From the human T2T-CHM13v2.0 reference genome, Homo sapiens, in the NCBI RefSeq assembly GCF_009914755.1, contig NC_060927.1: DNA of 64,000 nt; one strand, given 5' to 3'. Positions 1 to 18,529 of this stretch are shown piece by piece; position 1 is the stretch's first letter, and every line of letters starts with the position of its first letter. Under the pieces are notes generated by a model. The model was not told the origin of the DNA. It was given only the letters and a program-made list of their open reading frames with translations, and searched no databases. The translations under genes were made by a program, and so were the position numbers.

Positions 1-1269
1 TATTTATATATTATAAAAGATAATCTATTTTATAGACAAAAAAGGAACAAAGAGAAAAAAAAGAAAGCCTAATCTAGAAATTATCACTTAAGAAATAAGC
101 AGAAGCACTTATGAATTCATGGATTATATATCAATTGAATTACGAGTCTTTGGCATTTTTTTTTTCATTTTAAGACATGGGATCAACTAGCCTGTTAGTT
201 TTTTTTGTTGTTGTTGTTTTAATTTATGAAAAGAAAAAGTGCAAACCACTGGATATACACCTGGTATAAAAGAAAAATAAACTACCTGAAGGATAAGAAA
301 TCTTGGTTCCACCTTATCCCTTGAACCATAAATAAACTTCATGTTATAACTGAAACTCATTGTCCTCAGTAGAAAATTAAAGATTTGACTATACAATTAC
401 TCACATTTCCTTCTAGAGCTAATATGTGATGATTCTCAATGTAAACAAAAATGTATATTTCTCTACAGACACATAGAGTCTCAGAAAGATCCATAGAATG
501 CTCATTATTTGTAATGACAGATTTACAGCCCCAAAATGTAATTAAATAGACCTTCTAATCCATACATTGGAAGAATGAGAACTAAGCACAGTCAGTTCTT
601 GTGGTGCACAGACAGACAGATACACATACAATCTCTTTGAAATCTTTCATTGACGTCTTCCAGCTCTCTAAGTTAAGACCATCGAATTATTACATGTAAA
701 TAATCAATTTTTATACAAATCAGCATATAGGATTAGAATAAATAATGATAGGTGCCTACCTCTTTCATCTTCTGAAAGTATTATTTTGCTTGTTTTATAA
801 TAAAAATACATTTTAAAATGCTTAAAATATTACAAAATTAGAGGATCAATAACCAGAAACTTTAAGAAGTGTTTTAAAAACAGAAAACAGTGTGATTATG
901 AAGTAGGAGAAGATAATCTAAAATACACATTAAAGAAAATTTTTATAAAAAAGTGAAAGTGATTTTGTGAGTGCTTAGTAGTCAGAGACAAAGATACAGA
1001 TCATTGTTTCAGAAACTAAATTTAGAGCTGTCAGTCTTGGAGGCCTTTTTCCCCTTATTTCTCCTTCTTAAATCCATTTGTGCACAGCACTAGGTGTTGT
1101 TTTCAGGCTGCGGCTTTCAGTGGAAGATGGGATGGAGGGAAAGGGGGAGGACCCTTCAGTCCTTGATGGTGGTAACATATGAGGGAATGAACTTCCCCAA
1201 TGTCTAGAAAACAATGATGGCAAACTTCTATCAGGTTCACCCTGATCCTGATCTCCCAAATTATGGGAG

Positions 1270-1480
1270 AATGTATGGTAAACACAAATATTATTTCAAA
1301 CATTTGAAGAAAATCAACATGATAAATGAGAGGCATAAAAAGACAAGAATCAGAATATTATGTGTCTGAGGTATCACCTACTATAACACAAAAAAAATTT
1401 GAAAAAAATATAATGCCTGTACTAAAGAGATAAAAGAAGATAGTGCATTCATGAAACAAAGAAGAAACAAACGCAAACAT
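1270..1480 (+). mobile_element. Ancient L1M/HAL1-like ORF1-region remnant
   Basis: A-rich segment with AAAGAGATAAAAGAAGATAGTGCATTCATGAAACAA resembling HAL1/L1M ORF1; heavily decayed, boundaries approximate. Confidence 0.35.
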
Positions 1481-1520
1481 AAAAAGTCACAACTGATGTA
1501 GATGTAATAGATTTCTGTAT

Positions 1521-4500
1521 TTTAAAAGTACTGTTTAATAAATGAAAACAGATTCCAAACATTCCAAAATCTCTGGGATGCAACTAGAGCAGTGTTAAGA
1601 GGAATGTTTACAGTGATATGTACCTACATCAAAAAATTAGAAAGATCTCAATTTATTTTTTATTTTATTTTATTTTTTATTATACTTTAAGTTCTAGGGT
1701 ACATGTGCACAACTTGCAGGTTTGTTACATATGTATACATGTGCCATGTTGGTGTGCTGCACCCATTAACTTGTCATTTACACTAGGTATATCTCCTGAT
1801 ACTATCCCTCCCCCCTCCCCCAACCCCATGACAGGCCCCGGTGTGTGATGTTATCTAACATTATACCTAGAGGAAATATTAAAACAAGAAAAGACTAACT
1901 TCAAAGCTAGCAGAAGAAAATAAATAGCTAAAATTAAGGTAGAAATGAATAAATTGAGACCCCAAAATTCATAAAAAGAATCAATAAACCAAAACCCAGT
2001 TATTCGAAAGGATAAACAGGATTGATAGACAACTAGCTAGATTAACAAAGAAAAAAAGAGAGAAGATACAAATAAGCACAATCAGAAACAACAAAGCTGT
2101 TGTTACAACCAACCTCACAGAAATACAAAAGACCCTCAAAGAGTTTTATGAACACCTCTATGCACACAAACTAAAAAATCTAGAGGAAATGAATAAAATC
2201 CTGGAAACATACAGCCTACCAATATTGAAACAGGAAAAAATTCGAAGCCCTGAATAAACTAATAAAGAGTTCTAAAATTAAATCAGCAATTAAAAAACAA
2301 AACAAAACCAAAAAACTACCAACCAAAAAAAGTCCAAAACTAAGTGGATTCATAGGAGAATTCTACCATATATACAAAGAACTGGTACCAATTCCACTGA
2401 AACTCTTCTAAAATATTGAGGAGGAGAAATTCCTCTCCAGCTCTTTTTACAAAGCCAGACTCACCTGGATACTAAAACCTAATAAGGACACAATGAAAAA
2501 AGAAAACTATAGGACAACATCCCTGATCAACATAGATACAAAATTCCTCAACAAAATACTAGCAAATCGAATTCAACAGCTCATCAAAAAGTTAATTCAC
2601 CATGATCAAGCAGGCTTCATTCCTACAATGCAAGGTTGGTTCAACATAAGCAAATTAATAAATGTTAATTCACCACATAAACAGAAATAAAAAGTCAAAC
2701 AATGTGATCATCTCAATAGATGCAGAAAAAGCTTTTAATAAAATCCAATATCCCTTCATGATAAAAACCGTCATCAAACTAGGCATTAAAGGAATACACT
2801 TCAAAATAATAAGACAAACCCACAGCCAACATCATACCAAATGGGCAATAGCTGGAAGCATTCCCCTTAAAAACAGGAACAAGACAAGTATGTCCACTCT
2901 CACTACTCCTATTCGTCATAGTACTGGTAGTCCTGGCCAGAGAAATCAGGCAAGAGAAAGAAATAAAAGCCATCTGAGCAGAAAAAGTAAAAGTCAAATT
3001 ATCTCTTTGTAGATGATATGATACTATATGTAGAAAACCCCAAAGACTCTGCTGAAAGAGTCCTAGAATTGATTAATGACTTTAGTAAAGTTTCAGGGTA
3101 CAAAGTCAATGTACACAAATCAGTATCATTTCTACACCTCAATAACATTCAGTTTTTGAGAGCCAAATAAAAAATGCAATCCCATTTATATTAGCCACAC
3201 CCACATACAAATAACTAGGAATACATCCAACCAAGAAAGTGAAGGATCTCTACAACAAGAACTGTAAAACACTACTGAAGGTAATCAGATGACACAAACA
3301 AATGGAAGAACATTCCATGCTCATCCATTGGAAAAATCAGTGTCTTTAAAATGTCTAAACTGCCCAAAGCATTCTATAGATTTGATGTTATTGCTACTAA
3401 ACTACTGTTGTCATTTTTCATACAATTAAAAATTACTATCTTAAAATACATATGCGACCAAAAAAGAGCCCAAACAGCCAAAGCAGTTCTAAGCAAAAAA
3501 TACAAAGCTCGAAGTATCGCATTACGTGACTTCAAACTATACTGTAAGGCTGCAGTAACCAAAACAGCACGGTACGGGTACAAAAGCAGAAAGAGACACA
3601 TAGAGCAATGGAACAGAAAAGAGAAACTGGAAATAAAACTGCACACCTACTGCCATCTGATCTTCAACAAAGAAGACAAAAATAAGCAGTGGTAAAGACT
3701 GCCTATTCAATAAAAGGTGCCAGGATAGCTGGGTCATCATATGCAGAAGAGTGATACTGGACCCCTACTTTCCACCTTATATAAAAATTAACTCAATACA
3801 AATTAAAGATTTAAATGTAAGACCTCAAATTATCAGAATCCTAGGAGAAAATCTAGGCAACAGCATTCTGTATGTTGGCCTTGGGAAAGAATTTATTAGA
3901 AAGTCCTCAAAAGCAATTGCAATAAAAACACAAACTGACAAGTGGGATCAAATTAACCTGAAGAGCTTCTGTACAGCAAAAGGAAAATCTACAGAGTAAA
4001 CAGACAATCTACAGAATGGGAGAATATATTTGCAAACTATGTATCTGACAAAGATCTAATATCCAAAATCTGTAACGAACTTAAACAATTCAACAAGCAA
4101 ATAAAAAAAAACCCCATTACAAAATAAGCAAAAGACATGAACAGGCATTTCTCAAAAGAAGACATACAAATGGCCACTAAACATATGAAAAAAATGCTTA
4201 ATGTCACTTATTTACAGACAAATGTAAATCAAAACCATGGTGAAATACCATTTCATGGTAGTCAGAATTAAAAAGTCAAAAATCAACAGATGCTAGTGAG
4301 GCTACAGAACAAAAGGAATCCTTACATTGTTAGTGGGAATGTAAATTAGTTCAGCTTGGCTGAAAGTGGCTTGGAAGTTTCTCAAATAACTTATAACAAA
4401 ACTATCATCTGACCCAACAATCTCATTGACTGGGTATATAACCAGAGGAAAATAAATCATTCTACCAAAAAGACGCATGCACTTTTATGTTCATCACGGC

Positions 4501-4957
4501 AATCTTCACAATAGCAAAGACAGGGAATCAAACTTGATGCCCCCATCAACATGGATGGGGTAAAGAAAATGTGGTAAATATACACCATAAAATACTATTT
4601 TGCCATACAAAGAATGAAATCACGTCTTTTGTAGCAACATGGATGCAGCTGGAAGTCTTTACCCTAAGTGAATTAATGCAAGAACAGTAAACCAAATACT
4701 GCATGCTTTCATTTATAAGTGGGTCCTAAGCATTGGCTATGCATGAATATAAAGATGGGAACAATAGACACTGTGGACTACTAGAGGGGAGAAAAGGAGG
4801 AGTGCAAGGGCCGAAAAGCTACCTATTGGGTTTTATACTCATTACCTTGGTGACTGGAACTTGATACCTCAAACCTTAAAGTCACAAAATATACCCACAT
4901 AACAAACCTGAACATGTACCCCACGAATCTAAGATAAATGTTGAAATTATTTTAGAA
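1521..4957 (+). mobile_element. 5'-truncated LINE-1, L1PA15/16-like (ORF2 to 3' UTR)
   Basis: Broken ORF2 frames (2493-2690 [24 protein letters not shown]; 2662-3012 [13 protein letters not shown]; 3351-3695; 3751-3999); 3' end AACAAACCTGAACATGTACCCC..GTTGAAATTATTT; candidate 15-bp TSD AATAGATTTCTGTAT (1506-1520) / AATATATTTCTGTAT (4958-4972). Confidence 0.92.
1652..1852 (-). mobile_element. ~200-bp L1PA (L1PA4-7-like) 3' end nested in the older L1
   Basis: T-rich tail then TATACTTTAAGTTCTAGGGTACATGTGCACAAC...CCCCATGACAGGCCCCGGTGTGTGATGTT (reverse complement of the L1PA 3' UTR); host L1 resumes at ATCTAACA. Confidence 0.92.
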
Positions 4958-5135
4958 AATATATTTCTGTATACTTTTTGATGGAGGGATAAAACCTAGC
5001 TATGTATTGATAGCTGTACATAAAAAAAAATGCTAAAACAATGTGCTTAAAATCAAGAGTTAAAATAGTGGGGATGGGGAGTTCTAGCAAAAAGTAGATA
5101 GGTATAGCAATTTTATTATTATATTAATAGGACAA

Positions 5136-6030
<895 letters not shown>

Positions 6031-6049
6031 ATGCAAGGTCTCAGGAGAA

Positions 6050-6655
6050 CTTTTACAAAAATTTAGGAAATGATCTTCAGGATTTAGAGCTGACAAAGAG
6101 TTCCTAGATGTGACTCTACAAGCATGACTTCATAAACAGGAAAAACTGATAAATTGGGAAACTCTTGCTCTGTGAACGTCCATACGAAAATGAAACAAAA
6201 GCAGACTACAAACTCGAAGAAGATATTTCCAAGCCATATATCTAACAAAGGACTAGTATTTAGAAAAGATAAAGACTTCTCAAAACTCAACAATAAAAAT
6301 CCAATCAATTCAATTAAAAATGAGCAGAAGACATGAACAGATATATTACTGAAGATGATTTAAGATGGCAAATAGCACACGAAAACATCTTCATCCTCAT
6401 TAGCCATCACAGAAATGCAAAGAAAGGCCATAAGATATTACTACAAACTTATCAGAATGATGAAAATAAAAAAATATAGTGACAGTACCAAATACTGGTA
6501 AGAATCTGTAGAAACTAGATTAATCACATATTGCTAGTGAGAATGTAAACTGGTAAAGCCACTCTGAAAAGCAGTTGGTTAATTTGTTATTAAACTAAAC
6601 AGGCAATGACCACATGACCTAGCGCTGCAATTTCAGACATCTATCCCCCAAAATA
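6050..6655 (+). mobile_element. L1M (L1MC-like) ORF2 3' region
   Basis: ORF 6154-6336 KIFPSHISNKGLVFRKDKDFSKLNNK matches the L1 ORF2 C-terminal region; GACATGAACAGATAT..AAATGCAA motifs. Confidence 0.8.
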
Positions 6656-6689
6656 ACACCTTTGGGGAAGTTGATAATTACAGAGGTTA

Positions 6690-7030
6690 GAAAAACTGTA
6701 GAAAGTACAGGTTTTGGAGGGTTGCATATTGGAGATTTGCTTTAAGTTAAATTTGAAAACTCTATTTTATATCCCAGTGAAGACGTTATGTCAGCAGTTG
6801 GATAGATAAATGTAGAGTGCAAGGCAGTGATCTAGGCTGGAGCATACATTTGGAAATCTTGGACTTCCAAATTACTTTAAAACTATGATACTCAATGCTA
6901 TCATTAAAACATTGACCATAGTTTTAAAAGTTTTCCAGGGAATAAACCATAGGATATTTCAATGTTATGAAGTTGGGGAGATAACACTGAAACAACAAAG
7001 TAAATTAAGGCAGAGTAATCAGTAGAAAGG
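6690..7030 (-). mobile_element. L2 LINE fragment
   Basis: GCAGTTGGATAGATAAATGTAGAGTGCAAGG..TCTAGGCTGGAGCATACATTTGGAAATC matches the reverse-strand L2 consensus. Confidence 0.7.
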
Positions 7031-7269
7031 GGGAAAAAATGTATGTCATTTTCCATAATTGTGATTATCCTTTATGTTTCTACATATACTATTACTTTAG
7101 TGAATTACATATTTTGTATGAAATCAACTTTGTATTTTAAAACAAATACAACTTGATCATGAAGTATTGCTTTTTTATACATTGTTAAATGTTTAGGATT
7201 GTGAAATCAATGTTTGTGAGTAATACTGGCCTTATATCAAACCCACCTTTGTTTCTAAGTTTTAGTATC

Positions 7270-8430
7270 CCATTAAAAAAATTCTATGATTGTTTTCCCA
7301 AAATTTGTCAGCCGATGAAGCATACTGATAGCAAACACATTAAAAAGATAGAATTTAGTTAAAACTGGAGTATAGGTAAGGAACAAAAAATAAACTGTGG
7401 AAGAGAAAAGTGAACTCAGAAATAGATCCATGTATGTATGACAAGTTGTTGTATGATAGAGGTATACCATAAACCTATAAATAAAAATGAATCACTCAGT
7501 CCATAATATGAGGAAAACCAGTTTACTATAAGAAACAAAATAAGCTTGACTTCCTACGTCTTATCCAAATAAACATTATTAAAAATACAAGTGAGAAAGG
7601 CTCTATATTGAATAATAATAATAAAAAATATGCAAAAGAACATTTATGTGACTTCTTCAAGGAAGTGAGGGAATGGTACTTATACAAATATCTAAATATA
7701 GAACATTTAACTTTAAAATGTAGACTTCAACAAAATTAAACTTGGGATATTTTAGTTTCCAAAGGACAACAACAAAAAACCTAACAAGTGACAGATTAAA
7801 GACACACTCATAACATATAAGACTTCTAAAGAATATTACCTAGGCTACATAAGAAAGTGCTCCTTAGCTTCAAGTAAAGGGCTGCAAACTCAATTAAAAA
7901 GATTATAAAGACTTTAAATGGTTCTATAAAGGAAATCCACATGGCAAATGAATAAATGAATAGATGTGCATATTCACTAGTAATCACAGAAAATTAGGTT
8001 AAAACAAATGAACTATGTCTTCCATCTATCATAAGGCAAAAATTTCAAACGTCAGATTAAAAAGTCTTAACAAGGATGTGGGAGAATGAGTATTGAGAAT
8101 TGTTACTGCATTGTGAACTATCATGGCTTCTGGAGAGAAATTTGATAGTGAATAGCAAAAATAATTATGTGTATATAGTGTGGCACAGCAATTCTGCGCC
8201 TGTGGATATATCTCCAAGGAGCTCACATGTAAGTCCTCAAGGGGATATGTACAATGCTATTCATCACAATGTGTTTGTGAAAGCACAGTACTTGAGGCAG
8301 CCCTGGCGGTTAATGGCAAATAAAATGTGGTGGTGGCTTAACCTTGCATACTATGCATCCATTGGTAGCAGTCAGCTAGGTGTATATAAAATAACAATGA
8401 TAGATCTTAAAATATATTGCTTATAAAGTA
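7270..8430 (+). mobile_element. L1ME-like ORF2/3' remnant
   Basis: CAGAAATAGATCCATGTATGTATG; CACATGGCAAATGAATAAATGAATAGATG..TCACTAGTAATCACAGAAA; CAGCAATTCTGCGCCTGTGGATATAT. Confidence 0.7.
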
Positions 8431-8825
8431 TAGATATCTTCTGTAATAATGTATTTTTATAAAGAATCAGCATATTAAAGCAACAATAATGATTTTTTTT
8501 CATAGATAGTTACAAATTCAAAGACAGATTAAAATACATTTATTTTGGAGGGGAGAGACTGTAGGTGGAAGCAAAATGGGAGTGATGAAGGGGGATAATG
8601 GAAAAACTAATAGTGAAGTCAAATGAAAGAAGAAAGAATTACACAGACCAATGTACAATGGACCAAGAAGCTTGACTAACTCAAATCTTTGAAACTTACT
8701 TCTCTCCAAAATGAAGTAATAATAAACCTTAAATAAACAACGTATAATTTTTTATCTATCAGAATGGCAAAAGTTAAGAGGAGTGGATGATATGTGGAAC
8801 TTAAGACAGTGTGAGGAAATTACCG

Positions 8826-11823
<2,998 letters not shown>

Positions 11824-11884
11824 TCAGTGCCCTGCTGCTCAAACCTCTAGGGTGAGCATGCAGACAGGCCGGCTGTGGGGCTGA

Positions 11885-12416
<532 letters not shown>

Positions 12417-12717
12417 TTGAGAGCCACCGTTGAAGCTCTCAGGAGATGGATGGGGAGCCAGAAGGCGGATGGAGTAGGAAGGTGGTTTTCTCCTCGAGTT
12501 GGGCTGCTCAATGGCGGGATTCTCCTCCATGGCCCAGCCCAGATTCCTGTCACCATGTTGTTCTGCCATAGATGGCCTACTGGCATCTGCTGGTGTCTGC
12601 TGGTGTGTTCCTCTGCCGGTGTGTTCTTCTCGACGTACAGCTACTTGTGTGTTCTTCCTCTGGTGTGTTCCTCTCAATGTCCAGCTGCTTGTGTCTCTGC
12701 CCACTAGGGTCTTGGGG

Positions 12718-12725
12718 TTTTTATA
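12718..12725 (-). promoter_or_regulatory. TATA box of the LTR1 U3 promoter
   Basis: TATAAAAA on the minus strand at the position expected in this LTR family; activity unknown. Confidence 0.55.
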
Positions 12726-13549
12726 GGCACAGGATCAGGGCATGGTGGGCCTGGGTGGTATTGGAAAATGCAACATTTAGGCATGTAAACAGAAATACTT
12801 GTCCTCACCTAGGTCCGTGGGCACTCACCTGGAGGTGGACCCCTAGCCAGGGACCTGCCTTTCTCTACGCAGCACTTCCCTGAACCCTCCCGTCTCACTT
12901 TCTTCTGGTGGTGGTTGGAATGTATATTAATGCAGCTTTTTTGAAGAGTGAGCTTTCATTGTCTTGAAATATTTCCAACATGTTTTGGAGAATTGTTTTT
13001 AACCACAGCAAAAACTGAGTAATGAACCATTCAGCTTCTCTGGATACCTATCCATAACACAAGCAATGGACAAGGGTATTTCCTGCAGCTTGTTCACAAA
13101 GGATAAAATTAGATATAATCATATATTCACTAATCAGTATGTTAAAAATATTGGGATACATGTACACTATATAATACTGTGTAACAATAAAAAGAAAGAA
13201 GTTGATCCACAAGTGGTGCTATGGATAGATAATTAACATATTGTTAATTACAAAAGAAACCAATCACCCAAATATGCATAGTGTATGACACCAATTATGT
13301 TAAAACAACTAATTTAATACAAAACTCTTTTTATGCATACATATGTAGATGCATAGCAGCAGTATAAATATTCATCAACTTGAAATTAGTAGCTGTGTAT
13401 AAAAGGTCAAATAAGACTTCATAAATTTCCAGTGTGTCTTATTGCATCTTGCATGCATGTATTTGTGTATATTTGTGTGTAACTTTAAAAGTAAATATTA
13501 TCTACCTTCTACAGATAACATCAAATATCATGTCCTAAATCTTGTTCTG

Positions 13550-13810
13550 CATGTTCCTCTTAAGAGATTCTTCAGTTAAATAAGCTTGAAGTTTAATTCA
13601 ACATAATTCTTTCTCTTAGAAATTTAAAAATACATAACATATTGCAGTCTGAGAAATGTGAGGCAAAAAATATTTTGAGCTTTTATCTAGTCAGTGTTGC
13701 CTAAACTAACATTCTTTTATCCCCTAAGGAACACCTAGTGACTTTTTTTGTAGACAAGAATGTATTATAAGAAAAAAAAAAAAAAAAAACCCATGAGTTT
13801 GAAAACACTG
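13550..13810. mobile_element. Possible hAT-Charlie-type MER remnant
   Basis: CAGTGTTGCCTAAAC ... GTTTGAAAACACTG TIR-like ends typical of MER5/Charlie derivatives; family not resolved. Confidence 0.35.
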
Positions 13811-14719
13811 TAAAAGGAAGAGAAGAAAATAAATGAGGAAAGGCAAAGAGAAAAAGAAAAAAGCCTAATTCTTAAAATGTCACTATGATTCAGTATAAAA
13901 CTTTCATCTGAGTTTCCTGCCCACTGAGAGAAGGAAAACTGTTACATTAAATACTTCTTCTTTTTTTGTAAAGGAAAGAAATGAGTTCTAGTTAAATAAA
14001 GTTTTTCTTAGCACTAAATTCTGAAAGAAATATCAAATTTGGTGAATTATGTAGATGTCACTGAGTCATATGGTTGAGAACATCATGAACATTGTGATAT
14101 GTATTCAGATTTCAATGTACCATTATATTACAATTTAGCAAAAATGTTTTATTTACATAAGAACGACTGATTTTTTTAAACTTTTAATGATAAAAGTATC
14201 AATAAGTGAAACCTAAAATACCTAGAGGAATGGATAAACATCATACTTCTTATCTATACACTGTAATACATAAGCATGATTCAACATCCATTCATTCATT
14301 AATCCAAAAGAAGCATTTTTCATCAGGCAATTTGCATCAGGTACTATTCTAAGAAAACTTAGAGTTTTTAAGAAGACTTTTGATCTGTAAAATTTGAGTT
14401 GCTCAGAGTCTACAGATATCTCTCACTGTACGTACTAGGTTGCCAGAAACAAGCCAGAAATATTAGGAGGCCCCAAAGAGACTAAAATAGCCTTAGTCAC
14501 CCAAAATTAGTAAATTCTGAAAGTTTATATTTTAAAGATGTTATTAAGCACATGGTGTAATAACTTAAAAGATAAAATTATCTTATTTTTGAAGACCAAA
14601 AACAGAGGAGAAGAATTATATTTAAGGCTCAAATAATAATTTATATTGCAAAAAATTCTTTCTGATATCCTCACCTTCTAAAATGTAGAATTTGGCAGTC
14701 ATCTGGCTTATTGATCATC

Positions 14720-14940
14720 ATAATACTGATATGCCTATACATTACTATTACATGTTTTCTATGGGCCAGACACTCTATGTGGCCCTTCACTTCCCTCTGA
14801 GCAAGGTTAATATCTTTTACTTCTACTTTATAGTGAAGGAAAATGATACTCAGAGAGATTAGGCAATGTTACGAAGTCACAGAAACAATAGAAGAGTGTC
14901 AACCTGACTCCAGATCTCAAACATTTACTTCAACCTTTGA
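14720..14940 (-). mobile_element. MIR SINE
   Basis: CTACTTTATAGTGAAGGAAAATGATACTCAGAGAGATTAGGCAATGTTACGAAGTCACAG core. Confidence 0.7.
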
Positions 14941-15581
14941 ACTGAAGTTGGTCTTTCCAAATAATCGTTAAACAATATCACAACAATACTGTGACACTAT
15001 TAATAGAAATAGCATTCACAAAGTCAATATTGTACAAAGCACTGTCAGCTCATTTCCATTTGTGATCAATGAGGTAATATGTGATGAGACTCTGAGCTTT
15101 GGGGAAAAGATATAGAAGTGGAAGATGTCTTTGCTCTTGAAATCTTGACAATACCCAAATACTGCTTTTGCCCTTTCTGGAGTCTTGTAGCTCAACTTTC
15201 TAATGGCTTTGAGGGAATGAAGCCTTGTTCTTGTCCTCTCCACCTGCCTGCTTTATTTTCTCTCCTCATTTGTTCCAGATAGTAAGGTACCTTGTAAGGT
15301 CATGGCCAATTTCTGCTCTAATTTTAGATCTTGGAGGTCACAGTGTTTCAAATGTGGTATTTACTATTTGTCTGTAACTGGTAATTTTCCCACAGACTCC
15401 TGGGGATTAACTCTGTCCTGTCATCTGGCATTGCCCTAGGAAATAATAAACTATGTTTCCCCTTAACCACTACAGCAACAGGAAAATATTTGTTGGCTCC
15501 TTCCTTTGAAAGTAACTAAAGAAATGTAAATGAGAATCGAAAACACCACCATCTTAGGCTATAAAAATTGCATAGGTTTAT

Positions 15582-15583
<2 letters not shown>

Positions 15584-15629
<46 letters not shown>
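15584..15629. repeat. (AT)23 microsatellite
   Basis: Uninterrupted 46-nt AT run. Confidence 0.98.
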
Positions 15630-15632
<3 letters not shown>

Positions 15633-16369
15633 CTGGTGAACAGTTGTTAACCACAGAAACTAAACCACACAAACGACATATATCTTAAGTGTTTTATTTT
15701 CAAATATCCATCTGGTTCAGTTGTTTTAGGTAATTATTTTCCCCCTTGTGGCATTTGCTCTGTAACAATGCATGGATAATTGCATCCGTGAAGACTCCTG
15801 CAGTGCTATAATAACTATACAAACTGAAAGATGGTTTTTCAATGGAATAAAGCAATCCTAAGGATTACATAAGAGCTCTATAATCAATATTGCACAATTG
15901 TTGAATGAGGCACAGAAATGAGAAAAAAATTCTTGTTAAAAACGAAACACATGAAAGGCCTCTTTGTTCTTCCTATGGTAAACAGACTTTCTACAATTAG
16001 ATAGAGGTAAAATATTTTACCAGGAATAAGAATATTTCCAAATTCTCTAGGCTATTTTCTGATAACTTGATATTTTATGCACAGAACAACGTTTGGCAAA
16101 TGGTAGAAAGCCTAATCAACGGTTACATCTAATTGCATTTCTACATAGTAAATATATAACTTAGTGATTAGAAGTAAACAAAGCAAAATGTTTACATTAT
16201 ATGTATTATTTATATTTTTCAAATATTTCTTAGCTTTTACACACAAGCACATTATTATTTTTAAGAGGTGAAAGTAATTTTAAAAACAAAATGAATAAAA
16301 TCAAAGTTTGCCCCATTATTGTCTAGTTTCTAACTTCTAAAAAGAATTCATTCACTGACTCCTCACTCC

Positions 16370-17100
16370 TTTCCTGACTAAATTGGGTCTTTCCACTCTA
16401 ATCTCATAGATTCTTATCAAATTAATATCAACAAACAATATACTTTCTTATAGCTGTTGGTTTATACACCTGCCCCACTACTGTGCAAACCTCTTTAACA
16501 CATGGAGCATGGTGTATTCATGACCAGTTTCTTTTCCCTTTGTATGGCACTTTGCATGTAGTAAGTGTTAGAGAAAAGCTATCATCAGAATAAAGCACAT
16601 CATTAGCTTAGTAATGATACAGTGGCATTAATAACACTGTGTTAACATTCAAGTCCATGTTCCCTAACTTCGAAATAATTTGGATACCTTCATTATGTGA
16701 GAAACCAACAGGGGCCAGTCAATTACCTATGATTATACTTTATATAGTCATGTAACTTGCACATAGAGATTTTCTAGTGTCGTAAGCCAGTTTTTCATGT
16801 TGAGACATCGAACTTCAAAAGAATGTTTATGTTTCTTAAAATGACAGAAGCATCACTAAGCACTCTGTCAAACCTCAATTTTAAATGCCATTTCTTTGAG
16901 TATTTCTCATAATCAACCTTTCTCAAATCCCAATCAATGCACATTAAGCGTTCTAATAGATTTCTCTGATAAAAATATATCAGTGATTATGCTCCTCCCT
17001 CATTTGTAAGGCACCTTTGAAAATGTTTTATCTTTTTTAGACCACTAAATGACTTTCATGGTAAGGCCACATTAAATAGTGTGCAATTCAATACAACTAC
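16370..17100 (+). mobile_element. L2 3' fragments (two pieces, ~16370-16590 and ~16850-17100)
   Basis: TATGGCACTTTGCATGTAGTAAGTG and TTTAAATGCCATTTCTTTGAG..AAATAGTGTGCAATTCAATA resemble L2 3' ends. Confidence 0.45.
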
Positions 17101-17899
17101 ATTTTCCCAAAAGGCCAAACAGGATTTTTCCTTTAAAACTTTAAGTTATTGCATGAGTAATATATTATCGTACATGAAAATAGAATCTCAAGAAAACCTT
17201 GGATTACTCAAATTCTCAGTCAACTCTATATAAATGTTGCAAAGAGGTTGTAAGTTAATGTGTGTGGTGACAAATATTGTTTGACTCATAAGCAGAAACA
17301 GGAAAAAGTAAAATGTATTGCATCTTAGTGAAATCTTGCAATTACATTGACCCACGTAACAACAACCTTCCTTTTTGTTTTTAGATTTGAAGGGTACAAA
17401 GTATAAAATGTGAAAATTTAAATTAATGAGGAACTCTTGTATAGATAAAGTACATTTTAATGTAAGCCTAAATTAAAATTAAGTTTGCAAATCATGAAGT
17501 CCTAGAAGTTAACCATATGTCCATGGATGGGGCAACTTACACTAAAGATGTCAATTCTACAAATGTTTAGATATTAATGAACAGCAAACAGTACAAAAAG
17601 CCAGCAGGATTTTTGGAGTTTCTTAATAAATTCAGTTATAATTTAAAGGAAATTATTTACCAATAGTTAAGATTATTTTTTAAAAAATAGAGCAAACTGG
17701 TGAGACTTGCCCCATTCCCCAATATATTAATGCATATATTAAGGCATCAATAATTAAAATGATAATATTTGTGTAAAGATAAATAGGCCAATGTAATAAA
17801 TTAGTGAGAGACTGGAAGATATATGTACATCCATAATCTATGAAGGATTAATATCTGGTATATAGAATACATTTCTATAAATAAACAAGAAAGTCAATT

Positions 17900-18250
17900 T
17901 ATTCATTCAGTAAACAAATGTGGTTTACTTTGGTGCAGAATGTTTGAATGTGCTAAAAAAATTAATTCATTTAATCTTCATAATAACACCATGAGGTGCA
18001 AAATATCATTTTGTGTCTTTTTTTTAATCTTATTTTATCTTTTTACAGACAGTGTCTTGCTCTGTCACCCAGGCTGGAGTGAAGTGGCATGACCTTAGCT
18101 CACGGCAGCCTCAAATTACTGGGCTTAAGTGATCTCTTTCAAATCAAGAACCTGAGACACAGAGAATTAAGTAACTTGTCAAAAGTCCCACCGTTTGGTA
18201 AGTGGTGGATTTGAACCCAGACAGTAAGTCTCCTATATTGATATGCTACT
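17900..18250 (-). mobile_element. MIR interrupted by an Alu fragment
   Basis: TTCATTTAATCTTCATAATAACACCATGAGGT..GAACCTGAGACACAGAGAATTAAGTAACTTGTCAAAAGTCCCAC..GGATTTGAACCCAG. Confidence 0.8.
18018..18136 (-). mobile_element. AluJ/FLAM monomer fragment
   Basis: GTCTTGCTCTGTCACCCAGGCTGGAGTG..GCTCACGGCAGCCTC..CTGGGCTTAAGTGATC. Confidence 0.85.
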
Positions 18251-18529
18251 CCTCAATAGGATAGGAAAACCAAGAGAAAACTGAGCAAAGGATCTAAAGA
18301 AGAATTTATGGAATAGGGAATCTTAATAACAAAGGGGAGACATACCTATTGCTCTTCCAGTTATCCTAGCAATTAGCTCCACAGAAAGGACTAAGGTCTT
18401 CAGTGATAAAGCCTCTGGGGCCCAAACCCCACAAGTCGCTCAACTTCTGAGGTCAAGATGTTTCTCTCACTGGCAGAGCTAACTCTGGTGTTGGAAAGTA
18501 AGACCTAAATTCTCACTCTGGGGCTTCTG

